Assembly: GCA_017499595.2 (NCBI GenBank)
Contig: CM038999.1
Location: 3,534,001 to 3,598,000 of the forward strand
Direction: 5' to 3'
Origin: Psilocybe cubensis
Lineage: Eukaryota
Length of the DNA: 64,000 bases
Numbering within the stretch: position 1 is the first letter of the stretch; each line of letters starts with the position of its first letter. Positions 38,277-49,920 of this stretch are shown here, one piece after another. The notes below the pieces were generated by a model that worked only from the letters and a program-made list of their open reading frames with translations, had not been told where the DNA came from and did not search any database. The position numbers were made by a program, and so were the translations under genes.

Positions 38277-40207
38277 TCAAACATCTCCACCTGGGCGGGT
38301 AGGTACAACCGACCAAACCATACCCATGAGGATCATCATGACTAACAAACTGAAGAGACATTAGTTTATGTCTCTTACTTTTTTGAAGCTACTTACAATG
38401 GCTCTATACTGGCAATTCCAAAATTTTCTGCAAGCTTTCCAGTTAGGAAAGGAAGAAGCGCACTTCCAGCTGCCCCGCAGGCGGCTATCCATCCTATTGA
38501 TCCAGTAACCAGCGCTCTGGGAATGATGTATGCTGCATGCCTCATCACAATGGGATACAGGGGGCCGAGGAATACCCCAATCAGGCAGACAGCTATGGAG
38601 TCCGTGATTATAGAAGGAATGAGCCAGACAACAAGTTGAAATCTACAAAGAAGCACGTTAGCAAAGTTATGTATCAAGGGAATTTAGCTTACACGATGAC
38701 CACCGTCGTGTAAATGTATATTGCGCGAACCTCGCCAAGCTTCAAGGTTATATTCTGCTCAGACCAAATGACAGAAATCTGTCGAAACAAAATACTTGCC
38801 TTATGATTGACCCCTATCAATGCAATTCGCCCTATTGTAAGACCTGAAAAAAGTCATGCTTTAGGTCCGAGAATTTTTCATAGGCTATGTATTCACCTCC
38901 AAAGAAGCCTGTGGCAACATAACCAGAAGAAGGTGTGCCTCCACGAACATCAATCATATACGTTACAATCCATCCTACAATCATTCAAATCCTTTATTAG
39001 CATGAAACACAATGTATGATGTGATACAAACTACTGACCACCGATAGTAACCTCGACTCCAATATACAAAATGAGGTACAATGCCAGAAGATGAACCGCC
39101 CTAAGCCGTAGCATCTGAGCGTATTTGGTACTGCCGTTATCTGTTTTCACAGTTTCTGGGACAACTTCTCCAGATTCACGCAAGCAATCTACCATGTATT
39201 ATATATGACTATAAAAGGTAGATGCTGTAGTTTATCAAAGAAATACGCACCATCTTGTTCTCTAAACCGAAAAATGACGGAAAGAAAAATCATGTTTAAA
39301 GCTGAAAAAAGAAACGAGACAAGGTAATGAAATGTCCAGTGGGTCATCTGTGAGAATCGTGTTGCAGAAAGAGGTGCTATGAGGGCTCCGAGACCTATTA
39401 ACAAGTTGATTTTAAGTAGGTGAGATTAAATGGCAAAAAGATTACCATATGCTGCTTGCAGAAATCCCATTTTGAGCTCCCCTTCGTGCTTGACCAACGC
39501 AATGTATCCATTGCACTGAGCATCCTATTGGAAGGCAGATATAATTAATGTACTAGACATGGAATAGTTGACAGCACTCGCTTGTATTGCAATACCAATC
39601 CCTGAAATGAAAAAGCACAATACGAAGATAGGAAATGAAAGGGCGATGGATTGTGTCAGAAAGGTTATTGATTGAAAAAAAGATCCAAGAACGATTATCT
39701 GTGAAGGGTATACAATATTAGATGCGCTGGTACAGAAAACTCCAACGAGCCAATTACTTTGCCGTAGCCAAACCTATCACTTAATGGCATGTTTGCTAGC
39801 GCCCCAAGTACTACACCCTTTAACAATTGAGATAGCAAAAATACAGTTTTAAGAAGAAATGTCCTACCACGCAATTGACCACAAAAATAAAAGACAAATG
39901 ACCGTAGCTAACCTGTGAATTTAACTTTAAGTCATCGTGGCGATATGAATCCGAAATTATTCAGAAGTGGACAAACATTGTAAACTTGCATAATTCGAGG
40001 AAGCAACGGTCCAATCGATCCATCATTCCACCCGACCATAAAAAGAGAAAAGCACAGAGCCAGAAATTGAATCCGACCTACACGTTCCTCTGACTTAGAT
40101 ATCGGCCTTTCCGTGAGAACTTCATCGGTGTGGGAATCGATGAGAGGAATAGCCTCTACATTGTCTTCATTGTAATGAGGTAGCATTTCATTGGGGCCAA
40201 TTGACAT
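38277..40207 (-). CDS. MFS transporter (TsgA/Bsc6-like, fucose-permease-related), copy 1
   Basis: QFLALCFSLFMVGWNDGSIGPLLPRI, YIGVEVTIG and LGPLYPI...GWIAACGAAGSALLPFLTG, spread over many short introns. Confidence 0.92.
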
Positions 40208-40980
40208 GGTTGTCAAATGGGTCAAAGTAAGTCAGACCTGTGTACAGGAGGAAGAAGGAAGGAGAGTAAAAGGTGAGATTAAACGCAATATATATACAGT
40301 ACAACTTTGTCCGAAAGTCCTGGAATTTTGGAAATCTCGCTATATTTAAATTTGAAGCTCACTCTGAGTTCCCACTAATTATGTTCGCAAATCTGCACAT
40401 CTGGTAAGCATCGATTGCAGATTGCGCGTCGACTCCAAGGTTGAACATGTTGTTTAAAGGTGAAAAGAGAGCAAGTCTAATTTTGTTGAATGATTGTGTT
40501 GATGTGTGGTAGTGGATGGAATGTCTGTTTTCTTAGGGTGGGGAACGTCTGCGCGGTGCGTCTGCCCCATAGGCGGAGTCCGGAGAGGTCATCATGCATC
40601 AGAGGTCATATGTCCAACGGTGCCGAAACGCCACTTGAAAAGTTATGCACTATTTTTGTCCGATGGGACAACCGTTGCAATACCCTCTTTGATCTTGGTC
40701 GGGTGCCTGTTCCCAGTTTATACTATGCTGTATGTGCTGTTTATCACCTATTAGTCAGGCTACTTCACATGGCCTTAATGTCAGTTATGAATCCCGGACT
40801 AGGTCAACAACCTCAATTTCTCTGTCCAATTACCATGACGTTGAAATTGATTGTGGAGGAAGTCTTCATTGGAGCGACCTTGCTTATGCAGTGGCAACTT
40901 ACTCTGAGTCCATGTCTGCTGTCACTGAAGTATTCAGAGTCGTGGCCTTCATATTTGTATTCCCATACTACCAACAAATA

Positions 40981-42694
40981 CTATTCCTCGATACTCACCC
41001 ACTTCCCAGAGCGCGCCAACCGGCTTTCCGGTTGAAATTGTACCCTACCGTTCTCGACAACCTTTGCGATATAACGCTTACGATTAAAAATGATCTGAGT
41101 TGATCCCAAGCTTCGAGTGAACTGCCTTAGCACGTCGATAGATGTGATAATGGCCTCAAACTTGTCGTTTGTTTGTCTTATTCTGCGTGCGTTGCCACAT
41201 TGACATCGATGTCCGATCACACGCGGTCGAGAGTAGTCTATGTCTAGAATCCTTAGATGCGGAATCTCGAGGGCCATAATGATGATTTGTTTCTGGATAC
41301 ATTGAAAAGGATTCCAGGAAACCACTTTCCACTTGAATACAAGAAATGCACTCACTATGTTTTCCGGATAATCAAGCTCTTCGACCCTAACAGTAATTGT
41401 GAGAGATTCCAGTCGCTCGTACGTTCGAATGGCAGAAATGGTGTCAAGAGTAATGCAGCGACTCTTGTCGGATCTATCGAGCATCTCGAATATTTTCAAA
41501 GTCTTTTTGTGAACAGGGAGAGCAGAGTGACACAACTCGGCAGTGAGGGCGTCCGACGAATCTGAGTCGTCGGTGAATTCAAAATTGGTCATGCGATACG
41601 CAAATTTCAGTTCAACGAGCCCCGTGTAAGAGGCAAGGTAGCGAATTAATGGTTTACTGATCGCTGCCGTGATAATCTTTTGAAGTTGAATGCCGGCTTT
41701 AATCATCCCGTGCCAAATATGCATCTGATGATCAGAGCTAGTATCCTCCATTGAAGCGATATTAAGAGAGGAAAGGCAGCGTAGGTGTGGTACAGTGCTT
41801 GAGTCCAGTAAAAAATTCCAACCGGACACCCGCAGATGTTTTAGCCTCAGGGTAGTACCCTGGGGAATGCTCCTGACTAATTCGTGGAGAATGGAATGTT
41901 TTGGGTAGACTTCGTCTGATCCAAGAAGGTTTCCTTCAACCACGTCGGAGAAATCTATTTCCAAACTTTGTAGTGTTTGTTTATACGAACTGATTAGGCG
42001 TAGCTGCTGTATGAAGCTTGCTGCCAATGGGGCGGAAGCATTGCGACATCGGAAGCCCACCGAGTTAAGGTGAGCAAATCGTCGGAGGTTTATCATGTCA
42101 GTTGTTTGCCATAATAGAGGAAGTGTTGAAAACTCGAAGCGTATATCTTCAAGGAGAGGTAAGTCCACAATGCCGTCCAATACGGTGTATATTCCCTCAA
42201 ATCGGTCCAACGTCCAGCTGGTGAAAGGTTAGTTTCCTTGGTGTATGTCATTGATGCAAGTCACATACTAGATAGAGCGAACATTGACCAAAGATTTCAG
42301 GGCATTCATCAACAAAAAACCGTATTTGCCATGTGCAATGGGCCCGGATAAGTGTATCTCTGTTGACTCAATCTTGAGGGTTTTGATATGTCGGTTGACC
42401 GAGGTCATATGGAATGCCAAATCGTTGAGTTGTTGAAGAACCCCGACCACCGGGCGCCTAATAAAGTCGAATCTGACCTCAGAGAAGAGTAGTGGATCGA
42501 CCACAGCTTTGAAAGGCCGCGATACTAGCCTCAGCCGGCCAAGCTCTTCTCTGGAAAACGATTTGTCCCAATCCTGGCTGACCTTAACATCACTTCGTCA
42601 GACCATCGGATACTTTGGTGGAGTAACTACTCACGTAGAGTACAATCTCCTGGACAAGCTCCAGAGCTAGATCCTGGATTCGGATGGGTGTCAT
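40981..42694 (-). CDS. F-box-like / LRR-like protein, copy 1
   Basis: MTPIRIQDLALELVQEIV|...LGRLRLVSRPFKAVVDPLLFSEV, then LRLKHLRVSGW and LIRYLASYTGLVELKF. Confidence 0.85.
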
Positions 42695-44012
42695 ACGTGG
42701 TATAGGGACGTAGGTAGTACGGAAAACACAAGCTTGCCTCGTTCAGGAGATTGTTATACTTCACGCAATTTCGGTGTCCCACGCATCGGCCCTGTCTTCC
42801 CACTGAATGAGTCGCTTTCCAAGTACCCGTACACGAATTTGCGATGCTGAGTACATCATAAGGTTAATGAAAATGAACGGCTGTGCGGATAATCCCAGTT
42901 ACTTGAGCGACGAGTTTACCAGACGGACCGCCCACCTGGCTGATTTGCAATCCGTTGCCTTGAAGCCTGTCTGAATTGAAGACCCGAGTAGGCATCAAGG
43001 ACGACGGCAGACGGCAAGTTCTATCTTGGTGGTAAGTGAATTAAATATCAATATGAGGCTTCTTCCGCCACTATGACACGATACGAAATAACAATTCACC
43101 TGTTAGCCGCGCCTGCTGAGCATTGCTTATTCTAATGTGCCCTATTCTCCCGGACAACAGAAACAACAGAAACAACCATGCCGACGAAATACACCGGTAC
43201 CTTATTTATAGAATCTGGGAACATGATGGAATAGTCAGATGGCACAACGTAGTCCTCAGGATCCAACTGATAGTGGAAGGTGGCATGTAGATCTGGAATA
43301 GCCCCGACAAAAAGCAACATGCCTCTTGCATATCCGGAAATGTTGCAGTGAAATTGTAATGAAGAAGATTGTGGCTTGGGGAATTCTGTTTCAAGTTGAT
43401 TGTGAATTCAGCTTTCGAATTACAGCATGATTCTCGCTCACCGATAAGTAGGAGGAACATGCTAGGCCATGTTGAGCATTCAACCCTGCAATTTTGGACT
43501 CGGCTTACTCTGCCCGCGAGGCGCATATATATTTAGTGCAAATTCAGTGTCAATACACGCTGTTCTAGGGTATGATTTGCACATACCGTTCTGTATGTAG
43601 GTATCACCCACAGAAACCAGATAAAAGGCCGCATGATGGTACACAGTGACAGCATTGAAGATGGAACCGTCTTGGGGCCCAATGCTGGTTTCCGACCTTG
43701 CTTGGCTCGGAAATGGCAATGTTTACATCAGTGGTCTTTGGTGGTCTTTGACAAACAAACCCGTTCAAACAGGCGCCAAGCCAATTTGGCATGCCCGCTG
43801 TCGTGTCCGCTCATAACGCCCCATAGCGCCCTGAGCAAAAATTGCAAACAGCCGTGTGAGTCACTTTCATCTGCATCCTACTATTGTCACAGCCATCTGA
43901 CTGTCTCTGCGGCACCGCAATTGAACTAAACAGTTTTCATTCTCTATTGATGGACACAACATATTACCACTCAGCGCCCGGCAAGCGCTTCCCTATCTAC
44001 TAACTGCTCGGA

Positions 44013-45125
44013 ATGGACACAGCAACTCCGAAAATAGGGAGCTCCTCCACAGATGTACCAACCGCGACCCCCTCAAAATCTACAAAGACTTTGTTGCGAG
44101 ACATAGCAGCGTCCACCTTGCAGGTTATTGAGGACGGACAAATCGAGGTCGATGGTCTGCTTTTCGATATCAAGAACACAGTGGAGAGCATGATCCAAGA
44201 AACACGTCTCTACGCCGCAGACGATCCTGCTGTCATGACCTGGGCTACGTCAAATCCGAATCGAACAATATCCCACCCAGGTGCATCAATCACAGTTTCA
44301 GAATGTTCGACTCTTGTGGGAGCGCGTGCGCTACACCAACTTGTATCGTCTGGCGTAACGCCCATATCAAAACAAGCCCACGAAATCCCACGAATCGGCG
44401 TGCTCAATTTTGCATCAGCGAAGAATCCAGGTGGAGGTTTTGCCAAAGGTGCACAGGCACAGGTGCGTTTATCATTTATGCCAACGCGTGCCTGTACACA
44501 GCAATTTCTAATCTGGAATCTATTCGCGTTCAAGGAGGAATCCATCGCTCGTTCTTCCACTATCCACGCTAGCCTCGTATCCGCGTCATCCCAACCATTC
44601 TTTCGTATTCACAAGAAGGATCCCAAGGGCGGATACTATAGTCACACGATACTCTACATCCCCCATGTGCTCTTCTTCCGCTCGGACTCTGGTGAATGGC
44701 TCCCTCCGATTGAAGTTGATGTGGTGTCGAGTGCAGCAGTTAACGCCGGAGTCGTCCGTCGTCGTTTTCGCATAAATCAGGATTTGGAAGCCGGAGAGGA
44801 GGACGGAAACGCGCGCGACGAAAACATGGTCGAACAGGATATTTCTGCAGCAATGAGAGAACGTATGGGGCGGATTTTATCCGTTTTTGAACGTCATAAT
44901 GTTAGAAACCTGGTTCTGGGTAGCTTCGGCACTGGAGTGTTCCGCAATAAGGTGGAGGTCGTGGCAGACATTTGGAAGAATCTCCTTGTTGGAGATAATG
45001 CGCGGTTCAAACATTCATTTGACCGAGTGGTGTTTGCTGTGCTTGGGCATGCTACGTTTCAAGTCTTCCAACAAACGTTCTATGAAGGAGGGGTGGAAGT
45101 GCAGGAGACGGATTCTCAGAAATGA
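44013..45125 (+). CDS. TIGR02452 / DUF2263 family macrodomain protein (microbial-type poly(ADP-ribose) glycohydrolase)
   Basis: IGVLNFASAKNPGGGFAKGAQAQ|EESIARSS after removing intron 44463-44534. Also VDVVSSAAVNAG and LVLGSFGTGVFRN...FDRVVFAV. Confidence 0.92.
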   Translation: MDTATPKIGSSSTDVPTATPSKSTKTLLRDIAASTLQVIEDGQIEVDGLLFDIKNTVESMIQETRLYAADDPAVMTWATSNPNRTISHPGASITVSECSTLVGARALHQLVSSGVTPISKQAHEIPRIGVLNFASAKNPGGGFAKGAQAQVRLSFMPTRACTQQFLIWNLFAFKEESIARSSTIHASLVSASSQPFFRIHKKDPKGGYYSHTILYIPHVLFFRSDSGEWLPPIEVDVVSSAAVNAGVVRRRFRINQDLEAGEEDGNARDENMVEQDISAAMRERMGRILSVFERHNVRNLVLGSFGTGVFRNKVEVVADIWKNLLVGDNARFKHSFDRVVFAVLGHATFQVFQQTFYEGGVEVQETDSQK

Positions 45126-45128
45126 AAA

Positions 45129-45309
45129 TGTTGGAATGATAGTCGGCGAGCGACTTGGTCGCTAAGTCGTTATCTTCCTCTTGTAGTTTATCTTATCATA
45201 TTTTTTCTAGATTATTCTACTATAGGTTCCGTAGTTACTGTAGGTACAACCGTGTAGCTACGTCGTGAATCTACATCTTTTACCACCACTGCGCATTATA
45301 CTTACAACA
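45129..45309 (+). repeat. 5' LTR
   Basis: TGTTGGAATG...CTTACAACA, identical by eye to 49582-49762. Confidence 0.97.
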
Positions 45310-45321
45310 GGTTATGGGCCC
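45310..45321 (+). other. Primer binding site (tRNA-iMet half-molecule type)
   Basis: GGTTATGGGCCC directly follows the 5' LTR and resembles the Ty5/copia-type PBS. Confidence 0.8.
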
Positions 45322-45404
45322 CGAGAGGTCATAACTAAAGCTCGCTTTGTTCTAAACTCGTTCTATTCTTATCGATCTATATCTAAACTTGTACTCGACG
45401 TCAA

Positions 45405-48400
45405 ATGGCTGACTCGACAACCGCGGAAGTCAACATCGGCGGATATCGCATCGACACACTGAAGGCCCACAATTGGATGCCGTGGAAGCGGCGCATGCTA
45501 GCAGTACTGGTGGACCTCGGACTGGAGAAATACGTGGACGGCACGTCGCTTCGACCAGGATCAGCGAAACCGAACGCACCCACGGCGGAAGAAATCGCAG
45601 CTCAGACAGCGTGGGATAAGGGAGATGCGAAAGCGCGATGCAGGATCGAACTCGCGTTAAGCGATGCGGAGATGGTACACGTCCTGGGAGCGCGCACGGC
45701 GCGCGAGATGTGGACGCAGTTGTGCACAGTGAAGGAATCCAAGGGACGACTCGGTGTTTTGGCGACACGACGAGCACTTTTCCGGGCAACCGCAGAGGAG
45801 GGATGCGACATGGCAGAGCATATCGCAAAGCTACGTCAATTCCAGGAGGAGCTGCACATCATGGGCAGCATTGTATCGGACGAAGATTTCGTCATGATTT
45901 TGCTCACCTCGTTGCCGGAATCTTGGGAGAATTATGCGTCATCCTTTTTGGGCTCGAGCGGGAATCGTCCTACGCTCACTTCGCAAGAGCTCGTTGGTGT
46001 TCTCCTTGAAGAAGCTCGTCGTCGGAAGGAGCGTGGAGGTGATGGTGCCGGAGGGACTACGCTTCAAGTTCGTGGAGGTCAAGGGTCGTCGGATGGAAAG
46101 GGTAATGGTTCGAGGGATGGCAGCGGCGGGAAGGAGTGCTATAATTGCCACAAGATGGGGCACATTTCGAAGGATTGCTGGGCGAAGGGCGGAGGTCGTG
46201 AAGGAAAGGGTCCGAGGGGGCGGAAGACGAAGAATAGAGGGCGGACGAATCAGGCTCGGGAGGACGTCAACACTACGCTCAACGATGAGGTTGCGTACCA
46301 CACGTACTCGACGTCAAACTTCTCTCGTTACGACTGGCTTTACGATTCTGCAACCACCAGTCACGTTTGTCCCGTCCGTGAAGCCTTCATCGAGTATACG
46401 CCACTCGTTAATTCCTCCGTTCGTGGTGTCGGAAAGAGTCCAGCTATCATTGCAGGCCGCGGAACAGTCATCCTCAACTTCGATGTCGACGGGCAGACGA
46501 TTACTCATCGTTTGAAAGACGTTTTACACATCCCTGAAGCCGAAAATGCTTTGATGTCGCTCGGAAGGTTTGAGAGGGATGGGAGGAGCTCGTCGTTTAA
46601 GAATGGGAAGGTTCTTTTGATGGATGCGAAGGATAAGGTTATTGGAAAAGGGTCGAAACGCGGTCAGATGTATATTCTTCACGCTCGCGCTCAGCTTAAT
46701 TCAGGGGAACAGGTCAACTACGTCTCGCCAAAACTCACCTGGGATCAATGGCATCGTCGTTTTGGCCATATCTCAGTGTCGTCGTTGCAGAAACTCGTCC
46801 GGAACGATCTTGTCGTCGGTCTTTCCGTGGACGAAACGTCTATTCCATCCCCATCGTGCGAGGCGTGCATCCAAGCGAAGCAGACGCATAAACCTTTCCC
46901 TGGAGAAGCAGAAAATCGATCCACGGTTCCTGGAGAGCGAACCATGAGCGACGTATGGGGTCCTATCGGAACACGCTCGGTAAATGGATTTTATTACTAC
47001 ATTACGTTTATGGACGACGCGAAGCGATACAACGGCGTGGTTTTCTTGAAGGACAAGAAGGAGGCGGCGAAGGCGATTGAGAATCATGGGGAGCGAGTGA
47101 AGAGGAGGTTTGGGCAGTATCCGAGGTACATTCGCATGGACAATGGCAAGGAACTCGTGAACGAGCGGATTAAGAAGTGGGCGGCGGAGAGAGGCATTGA
47201 AATCGAGACGACGGCGCCATATTCCCCATCTCAGAACGGCGTCGCAGAGCGCTACAATCGTACGCTGTTGGAGCTAGCACGTGCGATGATTATTGCGAAG
47301 AATTTACCTCTCTTTCTCTGGGACGAGGCGGTCAATTACGCGAATTATTTACGCAACCGCGCGCCTACTCGAGCACTCGACGACAAGACACCATATGAAG
47401 GCTGGCACAACAAGAAACCGGATGTTTCTCACCTTCGGGAGTTCGGATGCGATGTATGGGTGTTAGACGAGACGAAGGGGCTTTCGAAGCTCAAGCCACG
47501 GTCGAAGAAGATGGTATTCGTTGGTTTTAACGAAGGCTCGAAGTCTGTGCGTTATTACGATCCCAAATCGCGCACAGTGAAGTCATCGCGAAACGTATCG
47601 TTTAACGAAAACGAAACGCCGCAGAACGTCGAAATTCCTGGATTATCGTCTGAGGGGGAGCGTAACGAATCGACAGACGTTAAATCCAGCGAAAACGAGC
47701 CAGAAACCGTCAAGAACGAACCTATTTCGTCTACAGCATCGATTCCACAGCCCAGCATACGTCGATCAGCTCGTGAACACAATTTTGTTGATTACAAGAA
47801 GGCAAACAACCCGAATGCTCGTTTACCGACTACACGATCCCAAACGACTCTAAACGCACCACAAATCGCTACAAAATCGACCGAGACCTCGAGCGCAAAG
47901 TCTACAGCAACGGAGCAAGCAAACATTGTCAAAGAACAGCTGTGGGGCGCGATTTTAGACGATTCGGAACGTGTCTTTGCCATGCGCGAATTGGACGTAC
48001 CTCGGACACTTGAAGAAGCTTTGGAAAGCTGTGAGGCAGCTGCGTGGAAGGCAGCTATGGACGAAGAAATTGAGACGCTTTTACGGATGGGTACTTGGGA
48101 GATGATGAAGATTCCGGATGGAAGGAAACTGGTTGGATGCCGTTGGGTCTACGCGAAGAAACGGGACGAAAACGGGAACGTCATCAAGTACAAGGCCCGA
48201 CTAGTCGTTCAGGGATGCTCTCAGAGACCTGGTACAGACTACAGCGAGGACGGAACATTCGCACCAGTCATGCGATTCGACACGCTACGCTCGCTACTCG
48301 CATATTCGGCCGTACACAATCTCAAGATGCGTCAATTCGATATAAAGGGTGCATATTTGCATGGTTACATCTCGGAGGAGATATATATGGTCCAACCACC

Positions 48401-49574
48401 CGGTTATGACGATGGCACTGGTCAGGCATGCCGTCTCATTCGTTCGCTTTACGGTCTCAAGCAGGCAGGAAACGTATGGAACCATGAACTCGATAACGCT
48501 CTCACTTCATTCGGTTTTACGAAACTCAAGAGCGATTACTGCTGCTACATCCGTCGAGCTGAAAACGGCGATTTTACGATTTTGGTTACCTGGGTGGACG
48601 ACATAATCAGTTTCTCAACAAACGACTCGCTCAACGACCAGCTGGAGCGAGAATTAGGCTCGAAATTCGACGTTAAATCGATGGGTCAGCCCTCGATGAT
48701 GCTAGGATTCAAGCTCGAGCAAAAGGACCATTACATTTCGCTCTCGCAAGCACACTACATCGACAAACTCCTCGAGAAGTTTGGTTTACAAGACGCGAAC
48801 CCCGTTTCGACGCCTATGGACCCGAACGTGCGATTGGATAAGGATGAAGGTGTTCGGGAGGATGGAGACGGTCAGGGGGAGGTTAATTCGCGTTTAGGAT
48901 TCAGTTATGCAACGGTCATCGGCTCGCTCATGTATCTGGCACTCGGAACTCGTCCAGACATCGCGTTTGCGGTATACAAACTCGCGCAATTCACCAGCAA
49001 GCCGAAATCGACTCATTGGACCGCTGTCAAACGTATATTTCGTTATCTGAAGGGCACGCGCAATCACAAACTTACTTACGGCGGCGATTCGCAAGTTTTG
49101 GACGTAAATCTCAATGTTTATTGCGACGCCGATTGGGCTGAAAACTACGATCGGAAATCAACTAGCGGATACGTGGTTACGATAGCAGGCGGCGCTGTGG
49201 CATGGAGCTCGAAGAAACAGAATACGGTCGCACTTTCAACCGCTGAAGCCGAATACGTTTCCACAACGCATGCGGCGAAGCAAGTCTTATGGCACCGCTC
49301 ACTCTTCACGGAGCTCGGTTTCCACATTCCATCAACGTCAACCATCTTTACCGACAATACGGCAGCCATTTCGATTGCGCATCATCCAGAATTCCATGCC
49401 CGTACGAAGCACATTGACATTGCATTTCATTTCCTACGCGACTTGGTGGAGAAGAAGACGCTCGACACGGTTTACATCAACACTTCAAACAATTTGGCAG
49501 ACGTTTTCACAAAGGCTTTACCTCGCGTTGCACACGATGGTTTCACGTTGCAGTTGGGAGTTTTGGCCGACTAA
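45405..49574 (+). CDS. Copia gag-pol polyprotein (1389 aa)
   Basis: Zn knuckle CYNCHKMGHISKDC, protease WLYDSATTSH, integrase WHRRFGH..CEAC / SDVWGP / MDNGKE / QNGVAER, RT FDIKGAYL..WVDD and RNase H YCDADWA..STAEAEY..LADVFTK. Integrase precedes RT. Confidence 0.98.
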   Translation: MADSTTAEVNIGGYRIDTLKAHNWMPWKRRMLAVLVDLGLEKYVDGTSLRPGSAKPNAPTAEEIAAQTAWDKGDAKARCRIELALSDAEMVHVLGARTAREMWTQLCTVKESKGRLGVLATRRALFRATAEEGCDMAEHIAKLRQFQEELHIMGSIVSDEDFVMILLTSLPESWENYASSFLGSSGNRPTLTSQELVGVLLEEARRRKERGGDGAGGTTLQVRGGQGSSDGKGNGSRDGSGGKECYNCHKMGHISKDCWAKGGGREGKGPRGRKTKNRGRTNQAREDVNTTLNDEVAYHTYSTSNFSRYDWLYDSATTSHVCPVREAFIEYTPLVNSSVRGVGKSPAIIAGRGTVILNFDVDGQTITHRLKDVLHIPEAENALMSLGRFERDGRSSSFKNGKVLLMDAKDKVIGKGSKRGQMYILHARAQLNSGEQVNYVSPKLTWDQWHRRFGHISVSSLQKLVRNDLVVGLSVDETSIPSPSCEACIQAKQTHKPFPGEAENRSTVPGERTMSDVWGPIGTRSVNGFYYYITFMDDAKRYNGVVFLKDKKEAAKAIENHGERVKRRFGQYPRYIRMDNGKELVNERIKKWAAERGIEIETTAPYSPSQNGVAERYNRTLLELARAMIIAKNLPLFLWDEAVNYANYLRNRAPTRALDDKTPYEGWHNKKPDVSHLREFGCDVWVLDETKGLSKLKPRSKKMVFVGFNEGSKSVRYYDPKSRTVKSSRNVSFNENETPQNVEIPGLSSEGERNESTDVKSSENEPETVKNEPISSTASIPQPSIRRSAREHNFVDYKKANNPNARLPTTRSQTTLNAPQIATKSTETSSAKSTATEQANIVKEQLWGAILDDSERVFAMRELDVPRTLEEALESCEAAAWKAAMDEEIETLLRMGTWEMMKIPDGRKLVGCRWVYAKKRDENGNVIKYKARLVVQGCSQRPGTDYSEDGTFAPVMRFDTLRSLLAYSAVHNLKMRQFDIKGAYLHGYISEEIYMVQPPGYDDGTGQACRLIRSLYGLKQAGNVWNHELDNALTSFGFTKLKSDYCCYIRRAENGDFTILVTWVDDIISFSTNDSLNDQLERELGSKFDVKSMGQPSMMLGFKLEQKDHYISLSQAHYIDKLLEKFGLQDANPVSTPMDPNVRLDKDEGVREDGDGQGEVNSRLGFSYATVIGSLMYLALGTRPDIAFAVYKLAQFTSKPKSTHWTAVKRIFRYLKGTRNHKLTYGGDSQVLDVNLNVYCDADWAENYDRKSTSGYVVTIAGGAVAWSSKKQNTVALSTAEAEYVSTTHAAKQVLWHRSLFTELGFHIPSTSTIFTDNTAAISIAHHPEFHARTKHIDIAFHFLRDLVEKKTLDTVYINTSNNLADVFTKALPRVAHDGFTLQLGVLAD

Positions 49575-49581
49575 GGGGGAG

Positions 49582-49762
49582 TGTTGGAATGATAGTCGGC
49601 GAGCGACTTGGTCGCTAAGTCGTTATCTTCCTCTTGTAGTTTATCTTATCATATTTTTTCTAGATTATTCTACTATAGGTTCCGTAGTTACTGTAGGTAC
49701 AACCGTGTAGCTACGTCGTGAATCTACATCTTTTACCACCACTGCGCATTATACTTACAACA
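49582..49762 (+). repeat. 3' LTR
   Basis: Follows the PPT (49573-49581) and is followed by the GAAAA target-site duplication. Confidence 0.97.
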
Positions 49763-49920
49763 GAAAATATAGCACGACATGATTCAATATGCCTCACGCT
49801 AGTGCTGGAAGTGCCATTGCCAGCGAATCACCTCATTATCATTCCAACGGCAAATTTTTACGCACTACTGTACATTGCGATATACTATGTTCGTTAATAA
49901 AGGTTCGACGCTAAATACTA

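Larger units (their letters stand above)
45129..49762 (+). mobile_element. Full-length Ty1/copia LTR retrotransposon (4634 bp)
   Basis: Two 181 bp TG...CA LTRs, 5 bp target-site duplication GAAAA (45124-45128 and 49763-49767), PBS GGTTATGGGCCC, PPT AAGGGGGAG and one intact gag-pol ORF. Confidence 0.98.
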
